From contig OX597839.1 in NCBI GenBank assembly GCA_951406725.2, positions 13,392,001-13,456,000 of the forward strand: 64,000 bases of DNA, given 5' to 3'. Positions 52,864-64,000 of the stretch are shown here, piece by piece. The stretch comes from Octopus vulgaris. Lineage: Eukaryota. Within the stretch, counting starts at the first letter, position 1, and the number at the start of each line of letters is the position of its first letter. The position numbers and the translations under genes are program-made. The notes under the pieces were generated by a model. The model was not told the DNA's origin. It made no database searches and was given only the letters and a program-made list of their open reading frames with translations.

Positions 52864-53660
52864 GAATGGCTGTGTGGTAAGAAGCTTGCTTTCCAACCAC
52901 ATGGTTCCAGGTTCAGTGCCACTGCATGGCACCTTGAGCAAGTGTCTTCTACTATAGCTGCAACATGACCAAATTCTTATGAGCAGATTTGGTAGATGGA
53001 AAATGAAAGAAGTCCGTTGTACATATACAAACACCCACATACATATAAGTGTAAATATTTACATGTCTGTCTTTATGCCTGTGTTTGTCCCCAACCCCTG
53101 CTTAACAACTGGTGTTGCTGTGTTTACATCCCAACTAATAGATTAACTACCAGGCTTAAAAAAACAAAATAGGTCTTGAGGTTGATTTGTCTGACCAAAA
53201 CCCTTGAAGCCAGTGTTCTAGCATGGCTGCAGCCAAATAAAAGATAAATGATATCATTTTGTAAATGGTCTTATAATATACATAGGCACAGGCGTGGTAA
53301 GTAGCTTGCTTACCAACCACATGATTCCGGGTTCATTCCCCCTGCGTGGCACCTTGGTCAAGTGTCTTCTACTATAGCCTCGGGCAGACCAAAGCCTTGT
53401 GAGTGGATTTGGTAGATGGAAACTGAAAGAAGCCTGTAGTATATATGTATGTGTTTCTATATGTATCTGTGTTTGTCTCCCCAACATCGCTTGACAACAG
53501 ATGGTGGTGTGTTTACGTCCCTGTAATTTAGCGGTTCAGCAAAAGAGACCAATAGAATAAGTACTAGGCTTACAAAGAATAAGTCCTGGGGTCGATTTGC
53601 TCGACTAAAGGCAGTGCTCCAGCATGGCTGCAGTCAAATGACTGAAACAACTAAAAGAGA
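52864..53660 (+). mobile_element. Two family-A SINEs in tandem
   Basis: Matches at ~52864-53250 and ~53284-53660. Confidence 0.82.
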
Positions 53661-53927
53661 CAAAAAAAAAGAGAGATACAGCTTTGTCCCCATCTCTCAC
53701 CATTGGACACTCTCCCCTCGCACTCATGCAACTGCTCCACCTCCTGATCTATTGCCCATATCTCTGGCTTCTGACAGTTTTGCTCTGGTACCCCATCACT
53801 ACCATTTTATCTCTTTCTCCAGATATTCCTACCCACACTTACATAAATGCCGGGTAACCATCAGGGCTGGATTAAGACCCATAGAAGCCCTTAAGCACTT
53901 AAAAGATTTCGGCACTCCGATTATATG

Positions 53928-54200
53928 TATTATATAAAATCCGTTGTCTGTCTGTCTGTCTTCTAGAATCTCGGGCATCCTCCATCCGATTGTGCTCAAA
54001 TTTGATATGTAGATACCGACGGTATCTGGGAGTGTATAAGTTTTGAAAAAAGTACAAAAACTGATTCCAGGTGAGAATGCGATCGATAAAGCCGTTTTTG
54101 TCCTGCTTATCTTCCGACAACCTGTACATAACTGCACCTTCCATTTTTTGTTGTTTTTGTACTGCTTAAAGGCACGTTTCTTTCCTGCCAAGCTTACTGT
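53928..54200 (+). mobile_element. Helitron/Helentron-like 5' fragment
   Basis: TATATAAAATCCG-TTG(TCTG)n start, CCGATTGTGCTCAAATTTG motif and an internal hairpin AGATACCG-A-CGGTATCT, as seen in non-autonomous Helitron 5' regions. Confidence 0.45.
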
Positions 54201-54204
54201 TTAA

Positions 54205-54425
54205 CCCTTTCGTCACTGTATTTATTTTGAGATGCTCTGTGTTTCTTTCAATTACTTTAAATATAACAAAGACTTTAGTAAGATAACTTAATTATCATTC
54301 AGCTAGTGTTAGAAACATAAATTGTGACTAAGGTTTGGTGGAAGATTTTAATTCAAAACTTATGAAAACAAGACATTTGTACTACAGAGCCAGAGCCGGT
54401 TTCAGCCGGGTTGGTAACGAAAGGG
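54205..54425. mobile_element. piggyBac-type MITE, family P1 (221 bp)
   Basis: TTAA TSD on both sides. TIRs CCCTTTCGT...ACGAAAGGG. Confidence 0.85.
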
Positions 54426-54711
54426 TTAAACCATGTTTGTGTTCTCCCAGTCAACAGCCTTATCATTACTGGTACTTTAAAAACAGAAAAAAAGTCTATC
54501 TTTATTTCTTCTTTTGCTGGTGTCTCAGATTTAGGTTAAATCAGTGTTTCTCAAAGGGGAGGCCTATGGGACGGTCGGACAAGTTGTTTTAAGAAAATTT
54601 GGTTTAAATGTTTGACAACTCAGCACCGTCCATTGGACGGGGGGCATCTTGCTTGTATGTAATATAAACACAAATAACCCATAAAATAAATTTATTTCAA
54701 AATGACACAAA

Positions 54712-54982
54712 ACTAACTATCTATCTATCTATCTATCCGCTCAGTCGAAGTCGACTCTCGGTCACTCGTTGGATCAGTGTCCTCCAGTCAGTTCTATCCT
54801 GGGCCGCTTCTTTCAGATTGGCTATGTCCATTCCAGTATCCCTCTTGATGGTGTCAAGCCAGCGGGTTCTTGGTCGGCCTCTTCCTCTCTTGCCACTGAC
54901 CATTCCGAGCATGATGTCCTTCTCCAGGGGTTTTCTCCACATAATATGACCGAAATACGCCAATCTATGCTTGGTGATCCTA
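54712..54982 (-). mobile_element. 3' end of an RTE/BovB-clade LINE (5'-truncated)
   Basis: RITKHRLAYFGHIMWRKPLEKDIMLGMVSGKRGRGRPRTRWLDTIKRDTG...AAQDRTDWR is the typical RTE ORF C-terminus. The stop at 54733 is followed by a (TAGA)n tail. Confidence 0.88.
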
Positions 54983-55039
54983 ACAGCAAGATGGAAAATA
55001 ATGTTTATTTTCTTTTTTTGTATACTTCTATTTTATTTA

Positions 55040-55455
55040 TATTTTATTCTTTTACACATTTCAGTCATTTGACTGCAGCCATGCTGGACATCACCTTAAA
55101 GGGTTTTAGTCAAAGAAATCGAACCCAGGATTTATTCTTTGTAAGCCTAGTACTTATTCTATTGGTCTCTTTTGCCAAACTGGGGACATAAACATACCAA
55201 CATCAGTTGTCAAGTGATGGCATTGGGGGCAAACTCAAACACATACATATAATACATACATACATAGACAGACAGACAGATAGACATATACAACAGTCTT
55301 TTTTCAGTTTCCATCTACCAAATCCATTCACAAGGCTTTGGTTGGCTCAAGGCTATATTAGAAGACACTTGCCCAAGGTGCCACACAGTGGGACTGAGCC
55401 CGGAACCACGTCATTGGGAAGCAAGCTTTGTACTACACAGCCACATTTGTGCCTA
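55040..55455 (-). mobile_element. SINE family A
   Basis: Full-length diverged match. Confidence 0.8.
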
Positions 55456-55556
55456 TTTGAAAAGTTTTCTCCAACTTTTTTTTAATTGCAAGGTTTTAAT
55501 TCAGATCTTCACTATGACTCCATGAACCACTTCGAAATTATATTTCTGGTCATATA

Positions 55557-55981
55557 GGCACAGGAGTGGCTGTGTGACAAGTAGCTTGCTTACCAACCAC
55601 ATGGTTCTGGGTTCAGTCCCATTGCGTGGCACCTTGGGCAAGTGTCTTCTACTATAGTCTCGGGCCGACCAAAGCCTTGTGAGTGGATTTGGTAGACAGA
55701 AACTGAAAGAAGCCCGTCATATATATGTATATATAAATATATATATACATATGTGTGTGTATATGTTTATGTGTCTGTGTTCGTCCTCCCAACATCGCCT
55801 GACAACCGATGCTGTTGTGTTTACGTCCCCGTAACTTAGCGGTTCGGCAGAAGCGACCGATAGAATAAGTACTAGGCTTCCAAGGAATAAGTCCTGGGGT
55901 CGATTTGCTCGACTAAAGGCGGTGCTCCAGCATGGCTGCAGTCAAATGACTGAAACAAGTAAAGGTGTAAAGGAGTATATA
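55557..55981 (+). mobile_element. SINE family A with a 32-bp TSD
   Basis: AACCACTTCGAAATTATATTTCTGGTCATATA occurs at 55525-55556 and 55982-56013. Confidence 0.88.
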
Positions 55982-56136
55982 AACCACTTCGAAATTATAT
56001 TTCTGGTCATATAATTTGAATATTATTTTAGCAAGTTTAAAGTGATTTCGTTTGTGCCATAAACATTTTACCATTTCTGTGTATGCCACCCTCTCCCTTG
56101 ATGCCATAAGCATGTCCTTATTTTGTTTAATCAAGT

Positions 56137-56470
56137 GAAGGCGCATGGCTCAGTGGTTAGAGCATCGAGTATACGACCGTGAGGTTGTGAGTTCGAATCC
56201 TGGACCAGGCTGCGTGTTGTGTTCTTGAGCAAGACACTTTATTTTATGTTGCTCCAGTTCACTCAGCTGTAGAAATGAGTTGTGATGTCACAGGTGCCAA
56301 GCTGTATCTGCTGTTGCTTTTCCCTTGGATAACACTGGTGGCATGGAGAGCGGAGGCCGGTATGCATGGGCGACTGCTGGTCTTCCATAAACAACCTTGC
56401 CCAGACTTGTGCCTGGGAGGGTAACTTTCTAGGTGCAATCCCATGGTCAGTCATGACCGAAGGGGGTCTC
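56137..56470 (+). mobile_element. tRNA-derived SINE, family D (CORE/V-like TTGAGCAAGACACTT segment)
   Basis: A box TGGCTCAGTGG and B box GTTCGAATCC. Fragments at ~20190-20310, ~46824-46960, ~49140-49260 and ~50790-50990. Confidence 0.8.
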
Positions 56471-56917
56471 AATTTTGCTTAATGGTTAATCCAATACTGG
56501 TAGCCATGTATCTTCTCTCTGGCAAGATACTTCTGCTTATCCCTATCAAAAAATCACCTCTCCATCCACTCAAATACTCCCCCAACTTACTTAAGAAGGC
56601 TTTTCCTTTTTTTTCTCCTTTTTTTTTTCCTTTTCTTGTTCTTTCCTATCTTACAAGCTACTTGACAACCCCACAAGTGCCGGTGTCCTCCTTCCCATGC
56701 CCAAGGCACCCCAGTGTGTGCTGTAAAGTAGTTGGCGTTAGGAAGGGCATCTAGCCATGGAAACCATGCCAAAGCTGACCTGGAACACAATGCAATCCTG
56801 TGACAATTTCATCAAACTGTCTAACTCATGCCAATGTAGAAAACAGACGTTAAATGGTGATGATGATGATAAATGGGTGTTACAGCATACGATTTTATAA
56901 AGGATGATAGAGAGATG

Positions 56918-57313
56918 GGATCTTTTCGGTTTGAACGGCAGTTTTTTCTAGTGGTGTCATATGAAATTATGACCCTAGTATTGATCTATTGCATTTCAAT
57001 CTGTTTTAGGGTTAGGGTTAGGGGGGGTATCTTTTTTTCTTCACAAATGTAAATAAACCCAATCTGCGTCTTAAATGAGGGACATATTCATATGGCACAG
57101 AATGTTTTTCACCTCAATAGATGTCAGTGATTGGTTGAAATTGCAGAAATTGAAGAAAAACAACAACAAATATCTTACAAACTATAGAATTTTCTCAATA
57201 AAGCCAAGAGAAAAAGATGTTTTATAAACACATTCTACCAGTATACGAAGTTTAAAATTTTTTAGTTACCTAGAAATTATGTTAAAAAACTGCCGTTCAA
57301 ACTGAAAAGATCC
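56918..57313. mobile_element. TIR element (MITE) with internal TTAGGG repeats
   Basis: ~29-bp TIRs GGATCTTTTCGGTTTGAACGGCAGTTTTT / AAAAACTGCCGTTCAAACTGAAAAGATCC. TTAGGG repeats near 57006-57023. Confidence 0.75.
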
Positions 57314-57404
57314 AAGAGATGTTTTGTAATGGGCTTGGAAAGTGTTGTTTTCTAAAGGGTATACAGTATGATCTCTTTCTGTTCTGATCCTGACAGAATC
57401 TTTT

Positions 57405-57795
57405 CTCTTTTGTTTTTTTACTTGTTTCAGTCAATAGGCTATGGCCATGCTGTCTTAAAGAAGCTGAGTTGAACAAATCAACCCCAGTACGTATTTTAAA
57501 ATTTTTTTTAAGACTTGGTACTAATTTTATCAGAATCATTTGCTGTAAACACACCAACACTGGTGGTATGGGACAGACACAGACACACACACACATACAC
57601 ACACTCAAACACACACACACACACATGATGAGTGTCTTACAGTTTCTGTCTATGTCTACCAAATCCACTCACAAGGTTTTGGTCAGCCTAAGACTATAGT
57701 AGAAGACACTTGCTCAAGGTGTCAAACAGTGGAACTGAACCCGGAACCATGTGATTGGTAAGCAAGCTACTTACCACACAGCCACTCCTACGCCC
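57405..57795 (-). mobile_element. SINE family A (diverged)
   Basis: Head and tail both recognisable. Confidence 0.75.
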
Positions 57796-58045
57796 ATGTT
57801 GATAATTATTTTTTTAAAATTCCCACCAAAACTGACAGATACTGTTTTTGTACATGGGGTAAATGTGTTTCTTTGTTGTAGCTTAATTAATAATGCCAGT
57901 GTTTAATCCCTCCTAGAATTAAGATTGAATGAATATGGTCAAATCTAAGGTATGTCTGTTCCCAAACAACACTGCCGGATTGAGTGGTACTGCCCCGGTG
58001 ATGGAGGTATGTTGGATTGTTGGTATGGCTGTTATTGTATGTTGG

Positions 58046-58347
58046 AATAATTTTATAAGACATCCTGGAGGAATTACAACCGTGTTTTGTGGTCTGCTAC
58101 CACAACAGCTCCTTTATAGGATCTAATTAGCTCAAGACATCATCAGGAGGAACCACGTCCGGTTTCTGCCCCTACTTCTCTACTGTTTTGACGTGGCAGG
58201 GCCAAAATGGTAGAGGAGTAGGGGCCGAAACTGGACGTGGTTCCTCCTGATGATGTCTTGAGCTAATTAGATCCTATAAAGGAGCTGTTGTGGTAGCAGA
58301 CCACAAAACACGGTTGTAATTCCTCCCAGATGTCTTATAAAATTATT
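58046..58347. repeat. Long near-perfect inverted repeat (145-bp arms, 12-nt loop)
   Basis: 58046-58190 versus the reverse complement of 58203-58347 shows 7 differences by eye. Confidence 0.92.
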
Positions 58348-59249
58348 GTATGTCGGAATAATTTTATAAGACATCCATTTGATATTTAATTTTTACCTTG
58401 TAGCCATCTATTTACTTCTCTCAGACAAATCTGCTGATTGAGTTCTATTTAAAGTTAATATTCAAAATGATACCAGTCATACACTGAGTCACTACAATTG
58501 AGTTCTGCCAAATAACTCTCACTGATGTCTTTTGAGTAACTACAATTTTCAGTGCGTGAGCTACTTGGTTCAAATCTCACCAGGAATTCCCCACACAAAT
58601 AGCACAGAGAAGATAATCTAAAATTGTTTTAACAATTTATATTTCTATATTTGTTTGCCTTACTCTGTAAGTATATATGTTACACATACGTAATTATACA
58701 TACACACAAGCACACAACTATATATTTTCCCAAGATTTTCCCCTTGTAATCTGTTTTTAAACATGTTCTTATTATTATCAAAGAATGTATATATATATTA
58801 TAATATTTTGTGACAACCTAACACAACAAAGCTTTTACATGTTACTTTTGACAATCTTTTTCTAAAATAGTGAAACCGGTCACGTAAATAAGCATCTTTT
58901 AAAATTGCATTTTCAAACCTTCTTTCATATATAATTCCACTCGTGTAGTACCTTACAATTCCACTTTGTTATATAGATAGATAGATAGATAAATAGATAT
59001 ACACATAAGCATACAAAGATATACATAAACACACAACATGCATATTATATATATACATACAAATATATATATATATATATGTATATATTGAAAAAGATAT
59101 ATATATATATTTATATATTGAAAAACAGATAGATACATGCATACATGAATACAAGTATATATGTATATACAAATACTCGTTCATATAAAAATATATATAC
59201 ATAGACACTTATTTCCAGTATTTCTCTATCTCAACACATTCGTTTGTTT

Positions 59250-59505
<256 letters not shown>

Positions 59506-61749
59506 TTGTGCATGTTTATCATCCCTCCTCTCTCTCAGACTCATATCTCTGTCTCCCTATTCCTTCACATCCATCTAGTCGTGTCAACAACAATAGCTTC
59601 TGCTAATATTTGTTGTTTACAGGTATATGATTATTGAGTACGAACACACCTTATATAGTGACTGTGTGTGTGTGTGTGTGTGTGTACAAATATGTGTGCA
59701 AATGTATATAAGCACATGTGTGTATGTGTTCGTGCGGGTATCACATTCTACCAAGGTGCTCAAGAAACAAATACCTGATTGTCGATTTAAATGAGGAAAA
59801 TCCTAGAATCAGGTGCCCCAGCATGGCTGGGGTCCAACGAGCGAACATAGTAAAAGGGTGGGTGTGTGTACGCACGCACACATACGCAGTCGCTCAGTTT
59901 GATAAGGTGCCAATAAACGAAACTCCGTGCCCTAGAGTCACTGTTTAATTTCTCCCGATTATTATTAATACTACACACACACGCTTTTATAAATGTATTT
60001 ATACATGTTCGGGTGTAAGAAAATACTGTTATTTCTCAAGAAATTTTGCCAGTTTCCTTTCCATTGTTGTTTTATAATAAATTCCGTGGTCAGCAAAATA
60101 TTAAAAAAAAATTATTGTTTCTTATTTCTTATTCCTATAACCGTTGAGAAAGGCATGATCATCACACCCTCCTCTCACGTCGTAGCTCTTCTAAAAATAT
60201 TAAACACATTCTCTCTGCCTATTACATGTCCATCTACAGGTTATGTTATGTTATAACTACGGGAACCAAAAACGTTAGCAGCAAACGATGAGATTTAGGA
60301 GAGAATAGCTAGGGAATCTGGTGTCTGTAATTTTCCCTTTATTTGTTTAATGGTAAAATTAAACGATACAAACTGTTAGTTTTTCTTTAATTCCATCAAT
60401 CAGTTATATGCTTTGAAGGGAAACCAGTAGATTCGGTTGTTTATCCATCCAGGTGAGCATGTACATTCATTCATTCATTTATTTTCTGACAGGTTTTTTT
60501 CTTTTTCTTTTTTTTTGCTGTAATATCCCCAGTTAAAATACAAGTTAACCATACGCTGTGCTAATCCCCCCTCTCTCTCTCCTTTTTTTTTTCTATGTTT
60601 CCCTGTCTCACACACATACAAACATGCGCGCATACGCATATACACACACACATGCACATACACAAACATGTAAACGCCCGTACGCACAAACATGCATTCA
60701 CACGCAACACACGTACACACACACACAACACGCAAATAATACACTCATACACAAACACACGCACACAACTTGCGCCCGCATACAACACACACACACACGC
60801 GCGCACACAGGTAGAACTTTCCGAGAACAGCTAACTGACTGAACAGAGAAAAATCAACAGAATGACAGATTTCTATAGACGGAACTTTAGATCGATAGAT
60901 CGATCAATCATTAATGCAGTGGAGGTGATGGTGGTAGCGGTACGGTAGAGAGTGGGGGTGTCACGTTTTGTTTCAGTATAGAGGATGGTATAATTCATTT
61001 AGAATTTTTGGCGGAACATGAAAATGCGGGAAGACAGGACTGCTTTTATTTTATTTTCTTTTTCTTTTTTTTATTATATTAGTTTCAATATTTAAGCAAC
61101 CTCATCATTAATTACATCCTCGGTCGTGCATTTATAAATGTCAACATTTAAATCATTCTACTTAAATAACTTCGATTCTTTGCCACCTCTCATTTGCAAG
61201 GTTTTTTTTTATTTTCTATATATATTCTGTCAGATAAATGAAAATATGTAACTGTTTTGTTTTGTTGTTTTAGCTGCGGGGGAGACGGGGACGAGGCAGG
61301 TTAAACCCTGAACTTGCCAAATGCATTTGAATTAATTTCTGGAGAATTAATTGATGTTATTACAAGGTATAGATGTTATCACAAGTGAATTTAAAAAAAC
61401 AAAACAAAACAAAAAACATTATTCGAGGTCGATTTTTCATTTCATCCTTTCGGGATCGATAACCATAATACCAGTTGAATACTGAGGCTTGGTGTAATCA
61501 ACTAACCCCACCTCACCCAAAATTTCAGGCTTTGTGCCTATAGTAGAAAAAATTATTATTATTATTATTATTATTTTTAAACAGACAATCGAATTAAAAC
61601 AGGGTTTCCCCTCAGTGTCTCCGACCCGTGCAGGCGATCAGTGATATAATAATAATAACAAACACATCATGTGAAAGATAATTGAGAAAAACAGACTGAC
61701 ATGGAAATACAAACATCAGGTAAGCATCAGGTAGCAAGTATCAACTTAC

Positions 61750-62133
61750 CTGTTCGTTGATGTTGTTTTTACCACGAGGGGCATTCACGGCACTTTTAAT
61801 CCCCATTGATTCGCTGTCAATGGTTCCGACAAGCTTTGGCACGTGGCTAACACAGTATATATCCGGTTCATTGTATTGGTCCCAATGGTAGGTCCTCAAC
61901 GTTAGCTGTAGGTTGCAGACACGACAACGGAAGCAACCCCGATGGAAGAGAACACCAACGTCGATTCTCTCCAACGGATACACCCGTTTAAGACAACGAA
62001 AACACGGATCAATTTGCAAGGACCCGCTCCGGTGGCTAACCGTGTCTCGTTTGTTACTACAAATGTCAATTCCCATCCGACTGGCAGATCTGTCATCGTG
62101 ATGGAAATGTCTGTCCACTAAAGCAGCGCACAT
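61750..62133 (-). CDS. Hil: First coding exon of a hillarin-like protein (N-terminal LIM domain); partial gene continuing toward lower coordinates
   Basis: ATG at 62133. Intact LIM pattern C-x2-C-x16-H-x2-C-x2-C-x2-C-x20-C-x2-H (CFRC...FHRGCFRCRVC...IYCVSH). It is followed by HVPK...IDSESMGIKSAVNAPR...INEQ, matching my recollection of the Drosophila Hillarin segment HVPK...LDQTSVGIRQALNAPR...VNEQ. The frame ends at a CAG|GTAAGT phase-0 donor at 61750/61749. Confidence 0.88.
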
Positions 62134-62864
62134 ATTTGGCTTTTCGTCTTGTGTGGACAGACAAAAATCAACCAGGATAAATACACAAGGTCAGTGTTGT
62201 CAGAGAGAGACGGCGGATAGACAGGAAGCATACCTACATGAGGACATGCTGTGTGCGTGTATGCACAAAGAGAAAACATGTAGGTAGCAGAGAAGAATTG
62301 ATGAACGTGACAGAGGATGGCTGTTGTTCAAATAAACAAGCTAACATTCTCTGCTGCTTCTACTTCCAGCTGTCCTTCCTTTTTACCATACTGCTTCACT
62401 TCACATACTCAACCACTCCATCTCTTTCTCTCACCTTCCTTATGTGTCTATCTGCTTATCTCCTCTCGCCCCCCTCTCTCTCTTTAGCTCTTTCTCACCT
62501 CTCTGTTTCTCACCCCTTCTCTCTCTCTCTTTCTCTATTTCTCTCTCTCCCCCTCTCTCTCTTTTTCTATTTCTCTCTCACCCCCTCTCTCTCTTTTTCT
62601 ATTTCTCTCTCTCTCCCTCCCTCTCTGTCTCACCCTGCATCTATTTCTCCCGCTCGACGTTTCGTTGACAAAATTCACGTTTCAAGCGTGGATGAAATCG
62701 CAACAGCAATCTGTTGTGAGTCACGAGGGAAATCCTTGCTAAAGATAGCCTCTCTCCCACCTATCACTCCCCCTCTTCTTACTTCTCTTACTCTCTCTCT
62801 CTTTCTCACTCTATTCAATATTATTTCTCCTCCTCCTCCCTCCTCCATATATTTTCCTTTACAA

Positions 62865-62899
<35 letters not shown>

Positions 62900-63131
62900 C
62901 TATCATCTCTCTCCCTCCCTCACTCTCTCAGTATTATTCTCTTTCATTCCTTCCTCGCTCGCTCTCTTTCTCCCTGCTTTATTTACCTTACTCTCACCTG
63001 TTCTTTACTCGTCTGTTTCGTTTCTCTCTATTTTCCTACCTTTCACTGCAATCTTCTCAGCATCTTCATCTTCACGTCCATCACACTCTGTCTTTCTCGT
63101 ATTTCATTCTTTTCCTACACCTATCTATCTA

Positions 63132-63226
<95 letters not shown>

Positions 63227-63455
63227 TATATATATTAGAGACAAAATATATATATATATTCCCTTCGTGTATTTCACGTTATTTTATTTATATATGTACG
63301 TTATATATATATATATATATACACCTGTTTATCCCTCAATAATAAATATCAATATATTTGTTTATTGTGCACTCCCTCTCACTATATATATATACACCTG
63401 TTTATCCCTCAATAATAAATATCAATATATTTGTTTATTGTGCACTCCCTCTCAC

Positions 63456-64000
<545 letters not shown>

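Noticed and set aside
58222-58256. CCGAAAC and CTGATGA inside the long hairpin as a permuted hammerhead
   Set aside because: No stem I or matching stem II can be formed in this order.

Overview
AT-rich, repeat-dense animal genomic DNA. The SINE families and microsatellite load point to a coleoid cephalopod, most likely Octopus (inference). Only one host coding exon is well supported: 61750-62133 (- strand), the LIM-domain N-terminus of a hillarin-like protein, ending at a phase-0 GTAAGT donor. I recognise no further hillarin exon, so the remaining ~61 kb may be one giant intron. That region holds dozens of SINEs from about five families, piggyBac-type (TTAA) and hAT-type (8-bp TSD) MITEs, a non-autonomous Helitron, telomere-repeat-bearing TIR elements, an RTE-LINE 3' end, a decayed Penelope-type GIY-YIG endonuclease, minisatellites and long microsatellites. 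Most ORFs in the track are microsatellite or SINE artefacts. The main hidden signal is a set of minimal type-I hammerhead-ribozyme-like motifs of the Penelope pLTR kind, with palindromic stem III and all three 3-8 core variants (C-G, U-A, G-C). Also notable are a 145-bp-arm near-perfect hairpin with G-U-biased mismatches and SINE insertions with very long (32 to ~130 bp) flanking duplications and a recurrent target site. All coordinates and folds were read by eye, and repeat boundaries are approximate.
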